From: a virus
Virus record (IMG/VR): IMGVR_UViG_3300013458_000001
Location: 1-43,992 of that record
Direction: 5' to 3' (one strand)
DNA: 43,992 nt
Both the position numbers and the translations under genes were made by a program. This document shows, one piece after another, positions 34,580 to 41,801 of the stretch. The notes under the pieces are model-generated. The model was not told the origin of the DNA. It was given only the letters and a program-made list of their open reading frames with translations, and searched no databases. How positions within the stretch are numbered: position 1 is the stretch's first letter; the number at the start of each line of letters is the position of its first letter.

Positions 34580-35506
34580 TTAATTATTTTTTGGTGGCGT
34601 ATCTGTTCCGAAAATTGAGGGGTGGCCACCAGAATGGTCTTGTGGTACTTGTTCCATTTGTGATTCATCGTGAGTAGTTGGTTTTGTTTTGTTCCATTCA
34701 TCTATTTGTGAAGGTGTCATATATCCATTATCTTGTTGTTTATTGCTTTGGTTAGTGTTTGTCTGAGATTGACTTACTTGTTGTTTTCTCTCGTAAGATT
34801 GATTTGTTGATGATTGTGCTTGTTTCATTTGAGGATTTTCATTATTTCCGTTATTATCTTGTGGTTTTGGATTATCGCTTTTAAATGTATTTTCTGATTC
34901 GTTATTCGCAACATCTTTACTATCTTCTTTTGAACTACTAGCAGAATCGTTTATAATATCATCTGCCGCAGAATAATCTACGGACTTTAGTTTGCTAATA
35001 TCTATTTTCTTGATACCCAGTTTTTTACCCTCTGTGCCTTTAGTAGCTTTAAGTGTCACTTGCTTATCATTTTCTAATTCATAAGTAATAATACCTTTAG
35101 CAGTTTTACCTTTCTTAATTACATCATTGTTGTGTTTGTCCCATTCTTCGAATTTACCAGTATTAGGCGTTGGACCAACTTCAAGTTTACTTTCAGTATT
35201 TTCGCTATCTTGTGTAGTCTCCATCGACGCTATCCAAACATTCATTGGTGTGATTTGTTCGTTCCCGTCTTTGCTTTTAACTTCGTATTTAAAAGCTAAT
35301 AGTTTCTTACCATTATCCGAATCCTTATCATTAACTAAAAATGTATCTTTTATTTTTAATACAGCTTGATCCAGGACTAAAGTATCGTTAGTGAATTGCA
35401 CTTTGTTTTCATCAACGGAAGTCGTTTTTTTCGAATTGCTATCATTGTTACTACATGCGCCTAAAACTAAGAAACAAGATAATAAAATAAATAAAACCTT
35501 TTTCAT
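34580..35506 (-). CDS. Lipoprotein (308 aa) in the lysogeny module
   Basis: Signal peptide plus lipobox MKKVLFILLSCFLVLGAC, a beta-rich domain, and a Q/N/S-rich low-complexity tail. SD aggag is 9 nt upstream. Confidence 0.8.
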   Translation of the reverse strand: MKKVLFILLSCFLVLGACSNNDSNSKKTTSVDENKVQFTNDTLVLDQAVLKIKDTFLVNDKDSDNGKKLLAFKYEVKSKDGNEQITPMNVWIASMETTQDSENTESKLEVGPTPNTGKFEEWDKHNNDVIKKGKTAKGIITYELENDKQVTLKATKGTEGKKLGIKKIDISKLKSVDYSAADDIINDSASSSKEDSKDVANNESENTFKSDNPKPQDNNGNNENPQMKQAQSSTNQSYERKQQVSQSQTNTNQSNKQQDNGYMTPSQIDEWNKTKPTTHDESQMEQVPQDHSGGHPSIFGTDTPPKNN

Positions 35507-35524
35507 TCTACATTTCTCCTTTGT

Positions 35525-35986
35525 TTATATTTCTTTATATTTAAAAACTCTCAACGGATCAAATGTAATTAAGTATTCTCCGTAGTGAGTTCCAATACCA
35601 TATTTATTTTTGTAATGTTTCAATATTTCTAATACGTGTTCTTCGCTTAATTGAACATACTGCGCTAGTTCGTATAAGTTACTTACACCGTAATGATGTG
35701 CTTCTACGATAATACGTATGGGCAACGCCGCCTCGTATCCATGACGTCTTGCATAGTTTTCGAACTTACGATTAATCCATTTGGACTGGTCTAAAATATT
35801 CCCATATGTAAGTTTATGGTGTGCCAGTTCTTCGTAGAGAACTTTTATTTTTTCTTTTTCGGACAAGTCACTTTTTATATAAACAGTTCCGTTCATATAA
35901 AATCCCGATTGGAAAGATGGTAGTTTGTTAGTTTCTTTAATTTCTACCATATCATTATCTATACAAATTTCTTCATATAACCCCAT
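35525..35986 (-). CDS. ImmA/IrrE-like (DUF955-like) protein, putative anti-repressor protease
   Basis: Located immediately downstream of the CI-like gene. LYEELAHHKL sits where HExxH is expected, so the motif is non-canonical. Confidence 0.55.
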   Translation of the reverse strand: MGLYEEICIDNDMVEIKETNKLPSFQSGFYMNGTVYIKSDLSEKEKIKVLYEELAHHKLTYGNILDQSKWINRKFENYARRHGYEAALPIRIIVEAHHYGVSNLYELAQYVQLSEEHVLEILKHYKNKYGIGTHYGEYLITFDPLRVFKYKEI

Positions 35987-35997
35987 AAAAACACCCT

Positions 35998-36327
35998 TTA
36001 TTTGTCTCTATTCTTAACCCACTCAATAAACTTATTGACTTCTTCGATTTCTTCTTCTGTTAGACCCTCTTTGTCAAAATGAGCAGCCATAGTGTCTTGT
36101 TGTCTTGTTTGTTCACTTCCATTAAATCCAAGTAAATACTCTGTACTAATATGGAGTGCGTTCGCAAAATCTTCCGCACGGTTTAACGGAAATTCTCTTG
36201 TTAAATTCAAGTAACGTGATACAGCAGATTTGGCCATTCCTACACGACGAGCTAATTCACTAAGTGACATGTTTTGTTCTTTTAATGTTGTTTTAATTAT
36301 TGTGATTATTTCATCATTTGTTCTCAT
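35998..36327 (-). CDS. cI: CI-like XRE-family repressor (109 aa, no S24 peptidase domain)
   Basis: HTH MSLSELARRVGMAKSAVSRYLN. ATG at 36327 lies 8 nt after the SD aggag. The longer track ORF (to 36468) would cover the promoter region. Confidence 0.8.
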   Translation of the reverse strand: MRTNDEIITIIKTTLKEQNMSLSELARRVGMAKSAVSRYLNLTREFPLNRAEDFANALHISTEYLLGFNGSEQTRQQDTMAAHFDKEGLTEEEIEEVNKFIEWVKNRDK

Positions 36328-36352
36328 TTTTAGTATCTCCTGAATAGTTAAT

Positions 36353-36372
36353 TTGTTCTTACTAGCGAACAA
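36353..36372. promoter_or_regulatory. Operator-like inverted repeat TTGTTC-n8-GAACAA
   Basis: Perfect 6-bp arms. It overlaps the predicted start site of the leftward promoter. Confidence 0.6.
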
Positions 36373-36376
36373 TATA

Positions 36377-36405
36377 ATTATAACACCGTTCCCAAATGAA
36401 TACAA
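36377..36405 (-). promoter_or_regulatory. Leftward (cI) promoter: -35 TTGTAT, 17-nt spacer, extended -10 TGtTATAAT
   Basis: On the - strand the -10 is at 36382-36377 and the -35 at 36405-36400. Confidence 0.65.
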
Positions 36406-36451
36406 TATATAGGTAGAAAAACTTTTTTTGAATTTTTTAAAGTAAAATGTG

Positions 36452-36480
36452 TTGACTAACGGGAACAATACATGTTAAGT
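36452..36480 (+). promoter_or_regulatory. Rightward (cro) promoter candidate: -35 TTGACT, 17-nt spacer, weak -10 TTAAGT
   Basis: The spacer contains the half-site GGGAAC (36461-36466). Confidence 0.45.
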
Positions 36481-36488
36481 TATATACA

Positions 36489-36504
36489 GTTCTCAAAAGA
36501 GAAC
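36489..36504. promoter_or_regulatory. Operator-like inverted repeat GTTCTC-n4-GAGAAC
   Basis: Perfect 6-bp arms between the rightward promoter and the cro SD. Confidence 0.6.
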
Positions 36505-36520
36505 GAACGGAGGTGACAAC

Positions 36521-36760
36521 ATGGTACTTAACTTAAAAAGATTGAGAGCAGAAAGAATAGCTTGTGGAATAACGCAAGATGAGATGGCACACAAGATGGG
36601 GTGGAAAACAAGAACTCCATATGCTAAAAGGGAAAATGGTATTGTAGATATTGGAGCAAATGAGTTTATTAAAATGGCTAAAATATTAGGTTATGAAACA
36701 AATAATTTGGATATTTTTTTTACTCAAGACGTTCCCGAAAAAGAACGAAAAACAAATTAA
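36521..36760 (+). CDS. cro: Cro-like XRE HTH protein (79 aa)
   Basis: Divergent from cI. HTH ITQDEMAHKMGWKTRTPYAKRENG. SD ggaggtg. Confidence 0.8.
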   Translation: MVLNLKRLRAERIACGITQDEMAHKMGWKTRTPYAKRENGIVDIGANEFIKMAKILGYETNNLDIFFTQDVPEKERKTN

Positions 36761-36773
36761 GGAGGAATTAAAA

Positions 36774-37550
36774 GTGAATGAATTACAAACGTTCAACTTT
36801 GAAGAATTACCAGTAAGAACATTAACAGTAGATGAAGAACCGTATTTTGTAGGAAAAGATGTGGCGGATATTTTAGGATATTCAAAAGCTCGAAACGCTA
36901 TTGCTAAGCATGTTGATTTTGAAGATAAAAAGGACGCCCCAATTCGAGGCCCCCTTGGTGGTACTCAAAAAATGATCATCATCAACGAAAGTGGACTTTA
37001 TAGCTTAATCTTTTCAAGCAAGTTAGAAAGTGCTAAACGTTTCAAACGTTGGGTGACGTCAGAAGTTTTACCAGCTATTCGTAAACATGGACTGTACGCA
37101 ACAGACAACGTAATCGAAAACACATTAAATAATCCAGATTACATTATCAACGTACTTACAGAATATAAGAAAGAAAAAGAACACAATTTAGCACTTAAGC
37201 AACAAGTTAAGGAAAACAAACCTAAAGTGCTATTCGCAGATTCGGTTGCTGGTAGCGATAATTCAATACTCGTAGGAGAATTAGCAAAATTACTTAAACA
37301 AAACGGTATTGATGTTGGGCAAAACAGATTATTCAAATGGTTAAGAAACAACGGTTACTTAATTAAAAAGAGTGGAGAAAGCTATAACTTACCAACTCAA
37401 AAAAGTATGGATTTAGAAATATTAGATATAAAGAAACGTGTAATTAACAATCCTGATGGATCTAGCAAAATTACACGTACACCTAAAGTAACAGGTAAAG
37501 GCCAACAATACTTTATCAATAAATTTTTAACAGAACTAGAAACAAATTAA
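36774..37550 (+). CDS. ant: Antirepressor (Bro-N + KilAC/ANT-like)
   Basis: FNFEELPVRTLTVDEEPYFVGKDVADILGYSKARNAIAKHV is Bro-N-like. GTG at 36774 follows the SD aaggagg; the track ORF starts at 36693, inside cro. Confidence 0.8.
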   Translation: MNELQTFNFEELPVRTLTVDEEPYFVGKDVADILGYSKARNAIAKHVDFEDKKDAPIRGPLGGTQKMIIINESGLYSLIFSSKLESAKRFKRWVTSEVLPAIRKHGLYATDNVIENTLNNPDYIINVLTEYKKEKEHNLALKQQVKENKPKVLFADSVAGSDNSILVGELAKLLKQNGIDVGQNRLFKWLRNNGYLIKKSGESYNLPTQKSMDLEILDIKKRVINNPDGSSKITRTPKVTGKGQQYFINKFLTELETN

Positions 37551-37563
37551 AGGAGCGAATAAA

Positions 37564-37728
37564 ATGAAAAGTTTAAAAATTCAATACGGAGTACCTGAAG
37601 CATCAAAAATTAAAAGTGCAGTAAATGAAATTGAAGAAGCTATCGAAGATTTAAATTATGACGCAATCGATATAGAGATAGGCATAGCGCCTAAACCAAT
37701 TATCGAATTCGATGAAGAGGAGGAGTGA
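37564..37728 (+). CDS. Hypothetical acidic protein (54 aa)
   Basis: Hand translation gives MKSLKIQYGVPEASKIKSAVNEIEEAIEDLNYDAIDIEIGIAPKPIIEFDEEEE. SD aaggag upstream. Confidence 0.5.
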   Translation: MKSLKIQYGVPEASKIKSAVNEIEEAIEDLNYDAIDIEIGIAPKPIIEFDEEEE

Positions 37729-37733
37729 TTGTA

Positions 37734-37829
37734 ATGCCTGAACACATCCAACAAATGTTATTTGATTTCGCATTAGAGAGAGGATATATCGAAAAACTTT
37801 TAAAAATGAAAGAAGAGGATGATAAATGA
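37734..37829 (+). CDS. Hypothetical 31-aa ORF
   Basis: MPEHIQQMLFDFALERGYIEKLLKMKEEDDK. SD gaggagg upstream. ATGA-type overlap with the next ORF. Confidence 0.4.
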   Translation: MPEHIQQMLFDFALERGYIEKLLKMKEEDDK

Positions 37830-38002
37830 AGTACTTACTAAGTTACATGAATATGTTTATCGCAATGATCATCACATTACTTTTAGGAGGTGGTTTTACA
37901 ACAGTATTAGGATTTGCGATGTTAACGCTAATCTTTAGCACATTCTTCTGGGAAAAGTGGCTTGAGATAACAAAAAAGACTGAAACTTGCGCCAACAAGT
38001 AA
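37826..38002 (+). CDS. Small membrane protein (58 aa, two TM segments)
   Basis: MKYLLSYMNMFIAMIITLLLGGGFTTVLGFAMLTLIFSTFFWEKWLEITKKTETCANK. Confidence 0.5.
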   Translation: MKYLLSYMNMFIAMIITLLLGGGFTTVLGFAMLTLIFSTFFWEKWLEITKKTETCANK

Positions 38003-38013
38003 CAGTCAGAATC

Positions 38014-38050
38014 TAATCAAAATATACAACTTAATTTAATCAAAATATAC
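38014..38050 (+). repeat. Perfect 14-bp direct repeat taatcaaaatatac x2 (23-bp phase)
   Basis: Copies at 38014-38027 and 38037-38050. The second copy abuts the SD of gene 38064. Confidence 0.85.
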
Positions 38051-38063
38051 GGAGGTAGTCAAA

Positions 38064-38348
38064 TTGAAACATAAACTTTTAAGAATAGCCAATGATTTAA
38101 ATAAATTAATTTTGCATAGTGATGAAGAAGTGGAAGCAAATTTTAAAAAAAATGATGACGGGAAAGTTGCCATTTCCATTTGGCACTACTCTCAAAAATA
38201 CGAAAATAACTGTAATTCTCTAAAGTTCTACGAAATTCATACAGATGAAGAATTACAAAGAAAATTTGAATTAGCAAAAGAAGTCATTGCAGGGGAGTGT
38301 TTGATTGATGAAAGAAACAACCAAAGTCGAGTATCGCATACAAGATGA
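38064..38348 (+). CDS. Hypothetical protein (94 aa)
   Basis: ORF track. TTG start after the SD ggagg. Confidence 0.6.
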   Translation: MKHKLLRIANDLNKLILHSDEEVEANFKKNDDGKVAISIWHYSQKYENNCNSLKFYEIHTDEELQRKFELAKEVIAGECLIDERNNQSRVSHTR

Positions 38349-38559
38349 ACATCATGGTTGGTGGCTTACTAACAAGCCAGCTTCACCAGAATATGCAAAT
38401 TACAACGCTATGCGTAGTAGAGCTGCAGTCATTAGCGGACTAGATGATATTGATATTAACTGGGATAAACATGATATCGAAATAACAACTTACAAAATAC
38501 AAGAAACACGTAAAACAGTGAAAATGAAAGACTTGGAGGAGGTCAAAGCTGATGAGTGA
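38305..38559 (+). CDS. Hypothetical protein (about 83 aa)
   Basis: ORF track. ATG at 38308 is the likely start, after the SD ggggag. Confidence 0.6.
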   Translation: MMKETTKVEYRIQDEHHGWWLTNKPASPEYANYNAMRSRAAVISGLDDIDINWDKHDIEITTYKIQETRKTVKMKDLEEVKADE

Positions 38560-39178
38560 AAAACCTAACTTCGCCGATAAATTCAGAGAATTGAACAGTA
38601 GAGATGTTAGTGCTCATGTTGAGAAGAAACAAAACTTAAATTACTTATCGTGGGCCTACGTTCAACAAGAATTAACTAAGGAAGATCCGAACTATTCAGA
38701 AAGAGTAATTGAGTTTCCCTATCCAGATAGTACCAACGAGAACTTTTTCGTTCCTTATCTCAAAACAAATGAAGGTTACATGGTATGTGTCGAACTAACA
38801 GTATTCGGAGTAACTAAACGTGAATGGTTGCCAGTTTTAGATTACAGAAACAAACCAGTAACAGTTGGTAGTTCTACTGCAATATTCGACATAAACAAGG
38901 CAACTAAACGATGCATGGTTAAATGCGCAGCTAAGTTCGGACTAGGTAACTACTTATATTTAGGTGAAGAAGCACCTGATGTAAGTGATGAATTAAAAGA
39001 ATTACTCGATAAAGAAGCAAAAGAATTCATTAAGATTGCAGAACAAAGTGATAAGGGCAGTCAGTTCGAAGGCCAAATTAAAAAACTTAAAAACATGAAT
39101 GTAGATACATTAAATAAACAAGATATCGAAAAAACTAGAAACCTTATTAATACATGGTTAGGAGGAATTAAAGAATGA
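38552..39178 (+). CDS. Single-strand annealing protein (Rad52/Sak-like, DUF1071-type)
   Basis: [14 protein letters not shown]...[10 protein letters not shown]...[22 protein letters not shown]. Located adjacent to ssb. Confidence 0.65.
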   Translation: MSEKPNFADKFRELNSRDVSAHVEKKQNLNYLSWAYVQQELTKEDPNYSERVIEFPYPDSTNENFFVPYLKTNEGYMVCVELTVFGVTKREWLPVLDYRNKPVTVGSSTAIFDINKATKRCMVKCAAKFGLGNYLYLGEEAPDVSDELKELLDKEAKEFIKIAEQSDKGSQFEGQIKKLKNMNVDTLNKQDIEKTRNLINTWLGGIKE

Positions 39179-39603
39179 TAAACAGAGTAATTTTAGTAGG
39201 TAGATTAACAAAAGATCCAGAGTACAGACAAACACAAAGTGGAGTAAGTACAGCTACTTTCACGTTAGCAGTAAACAGAACCTTTAAAAACAAAAATGGT
39301 GAACGTGAAGCAGACTTTATCAATGTCGTTGTTTTTAGACAACAAGCAGAAAACGTTAGCAAATACCTTTCTAAAGGCTCATTAGCAGGTGTAGATGGAC
39401 GCGTTCAATCACGTAACTATGAAAACAACGAAGGTCGTCGAGTATTTGTAACAGAAGTTGTAGCCGATAGCGTTCAATTCTTGGATAACAAAGGTAGTAA
39501 CCAACAAAACAACCAACCTCAACAACAAAGAGAACAAGCACCAGCAGGCAATAATCCTTTTGCTAACGGCACAGATATAGAAAATTCAGAATTACCGTTC
39601 TGA
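39175..39603 (+). CDS. ssb: Single-stranded DNA-binding protein
   Basis: [20 protein letters not shown]-fold start, a Q/N-rich linker, and the acidic tip NSELPF. Confidence 0.92.
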   Translation: MINRVILVGRLTKDPEYRQTQSGVSTATFTLAVNRTFKNKNGEREADFINVVVFRQQAENVSKYLSKGSLAGVDGRVQSRNYENNEGRRVFVTEVVADSVQFLDNKGSNQQNNQPQQQREQAPAGNNPFANGTDIENSELPF

Positions 39604-39616
39604 TTGGACTGATTAG

Positions 39617-40291
39617 ATGGTAGTAATTAAAAACTACATTACAGAAGATGACGGTACAACTACTGTAGTCATCAAAGGAGTAGAACTAGATAACAAAACA
39701 TCATTGCTTTTAGACAACGGTTACGAAGTAGAAGCAGATGTAAGAGTTGTAGATCCATTCAAGATTACAGATAAGCAGCGTAGAAAAGTATTTGCTCTCT
39801 GTAACGACATAGAAGCTTACACAGGACAACCACGCGACTATATGAGGTATTTGTTCATGGATTACGTAGAAGTCCTCTACGGCTACGAGAAGCGCCTATC
39901 GTTGAGCGACTGCACAAGAGAACAAGCTAAACAAATTATAGAAGTTATTCTCGACTGGGTGTTTCACAACGATATACCACTTAATTATAAGACGAGTGAC
40001 TTACTCAAAAATGATAAAGCATTTCTATATTGGTCAACAGTCAATCGTAACTGTGTTATCTGTGGTAAACGTGGAGAACTGGCACATCATAAAGCAATTG
40101 GTAGAGGCGCTAATCGTAAGAAAATGGATCATTACGGTTTTGAAGTGCTGTGTCTATGTAGAGAACACCATCAATCGCAGCATGATATGGGTGTAGAAAC
40201 CTTTGATGAATTACATCACCTTGAAAATTCGTGGCTTTCAGTAGATGAGCGCTTAAACAAAATGTTGAGAGGAGTAAAAAATGATAGATAG
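39617..40291 (+). CDS. DUF968-like putative HNH nuclease (224 aa)
   Basis: CVICGKRGELAHHKAIGRGANRKKMDHYGFEVLCLCREHHQSQH. Confidence 0.6.
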   Translation: MVVIKNYITEDDGTTTVVIKGVELDNKTSLLLDNGYEVEADVRVVDPFKITDKQRRKVFALCNDIEAYTGQPRDYMRYLFMDYVEVLYGYEKRLSLSDCTREQAKQIIEVILDWVFHNDIPLNYKTSDLLKNDKAFLYWSTVNRNCVICGKRGELAHHKAIGRGANRKKMDHYGFEVLCLCREHHQSQHDMGVETFDELHHLENSWLSVDERLNKMLRGVKNDR

Positions 40292-40490
40292 ATTTGATGT
40301 AGGAGAACGTATAAATGAACGCAGAACACGATTAGGAATGACACAAAAAGAATTAGCTATTAAAACTGATACAACAAAATCAACAGTTCAAAAATGGGAG
40401 TCTGGTATGCATTTACCTAAAAAAGAAACAATCCCTAAAATAGCTAAACATCTAAAATATAGCGAAGGATATCTATTGTACGGGGAGTGA
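40281..40490 (+). CDS. XRE-family HTH protein A (69 aa)
   Basis: GERINERRTRLGMTQKELAIKTDTTKSTVQKWESG. Confidence 0.7.
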   Translation: MIDRFDVGERINERRTRLGMTQKELAIKTDTTKSTVQKWESGMHLPKKETIPKIAKHLKYSEGYLLYGE

Positions 40491-40495
40491 TAGGA

Positions 40496-40702
40496 ATGAC
40501 ATTAGGACAAAGAATAAAAGAACACCGTAAGAATTTAGGAGAAACTATGGAAGAGTTCGGACAAAGGTTTAATGCGAAAAGTGGTGTTGTTTCTAATTGG
40601 GAGAATAACAAACAAAAACCTAATAACAAAAGGTTAAAGGTAATAGCTGATGACATGAATATTACTGTAACAGAGTTACTGAATGGAAGTGGTAAAACGT
40701 GA
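40496..40702 (+). CDS. XRE-family HTH protein B (68 aa), paralogue of A
   Basis: MTLGQRIKEHRKNLGETMEEFGQRFNAKSGVVSNWENN. ATG at 40496 follows the SD ggggag. Confidence 0.7.
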   Translation: MTLGQRIKEHRKNLGETMEEFGQRFNAKSGVVSNWENNKQKPNNKRLKVIADDMNITVTELLNGSGKT

Positions 40703-41442
40703 GCAATCTACTAATTGACGATTATCCAATACTTGTACTTCCTACGTTAGCAACTGAGATAGGACTTAACGAATCAATTGTATTACAGCAAATGCACTAC
40801 TGGTTGAAGAAAAGTAATCATAACTACGATGGTAGACACTGGATATACAATTCATTCCCTGAATGGCAAAAACACTTTCCTTTTTGGTCTGTAATGACAA
40901 TCAAGCGTGCTGTATATAGTTTAGAAAAACAAAACCTATTGTATGTGGGCAACTATAACAAAGCTAAATTCGATAAAACGAAGTGGTACAGCATCAATTA
41001 TGAAAAGTTAGAAGGTATGAAACGACCATCGTATCAAAATGATACGACGAGCGTATCAAAAAGAAACGATGGAGTGTATCAAAATGATACGACCAATACC
41101 AGAGACTACACAGAGACTTATTCAGAGAGAGACAGAGACGACGTATCACATGTATTTAAATATATTAGTAATAACTTAGAAATCATACAAAGTCCATTAA
41201 AAGCACAACAACTAGAAGAAGCTATAAAGGATTTTAAAGATAACAAACTAGAGATCGTTACTGTAGCTACTGATTACTGTAAAGAAAATAACAAAGGTGT
41301 TAACTACCTTATCAAAGTATTAGAAAACTGGAATAAAGACGGTGTCAATACTAAAGAGAAAGCAATATCTAAAATTAAACCTAGAAACAATAAGGAAGAT
41401 GATTACCTAGCTAAGAAGAAACAGGAACTATTAGGAGGTTAG
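40699..41442 (+). CDS. Replication initiator / replisome organiser (winged-helix N-terminus, DnaD-like C-terminus)
   Basis: The C-terminal VNYLIKVLENWNKDGVNTKEKA is DnaD-domain-like. Iterons lie inside the gene. Located upstream of the loader and helicase genes. Confidence 0.7.
   Translation: MSNLLIDDYPILVLPTLATEIGLNESIVLQQMHYWLKKSNHNYDGRHWIYNSFPEWQKHFPFWSVMTIKRAVYSLEKQNLLYVGNYNKAKFDKTKWYSINYEKLEGMKRPSYQNDTTSVSKRNDGVYQNDTTNTRDYTETYSERDRDDVSHVFKYISNNLEIIQSPLKAQQLEEAIKDFKDNKLEIVTVATDYCKENNKGVNYLIKVLENWNKDGVNTKEKAISKIKPRNNKEDDYLAKKKQELLGG
41031..41093 (+). repeat. Iterons: 18-bp gtatcaaaatgatacgac x2 plus a partial copy (candidate ori)
   Basis: Full copies at 41031-41048 and 41076-41093, and a partial copy at 41053-41062. 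Each contains the palindrome gtatca-aaa-tgatac. CAGAGAC repeats follow at 41099-41140. Confidence 0.7.
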
Positions 41443-41447
41443 ACATT

Positions 41448-41801
41448 ATGTCAATGACTGAACTAGAGGCAATTGAAATATTAGAGTTAATAAATAATGT
41501 CTACGATATGAAATTCAATAAAATTAAGTACAACCTTTGGGTAGAACAACTCACACAATATGGAGATTTCGACAGAACACTACACAAAACAAAGAAATAT
41601 GTTAGAGAAAGTCGTTACAAACCTACGATTGCACAAATTATTGATCGCAAACCACCAGAAATGGAAAGCACAGTGATACCAGAAGAACAGACTGATAAAT
41701 ACAGAATGCAGCACGATAAAGAGTTTAGAGAGAAAAGGCAACAATTAAGGGAACGATGGCAAAAGATGAAAGAAGATTGGGGGTTAGATGATGAGTATTG
41801 A
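41448..41801 (+). CDS. Helicase loader (SPP1 G39P-like), tentative
   Basis: 117 aa, directly upstream of and overlapping the DnaB-like gene. The N-terminal pattern resembles G39P. Confidence 0.5.
   Translation: MSMTELEAIEILELINNVYDMKFNKIKYNLWVEQLTQYGDFDRTLHKTKKYVRESRYKPTIAQIIDRKPPEMESTVIPEEQTDKYRMQHDKEFREKRQQLRERWQKMKEDWGLDDEY

Noticed and set aside
35127-35585. + strand ORFs (35127-35369 and 35391-35585) opposite the lipoprotein gene.
   Set aside because: They are antisense to a gene with a clear lipobox and SD. Their translations are low complexity.
36328-36468. 47-codon N-terminal extension of the CI-like ORF (the track starts at 36468).
   Set aside because: The extension covers the operators and both divergent promoters and has no SD. 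The internal ATG at 36327 has a well-spaced AGGAG and gives a normal HTH repressor.
39996-40196. 66-aa alternate-frame ORF inside the DUF968-like gene.
   Set aside because: It overlaps the Cys/His motif region of the real frame and has no SD.
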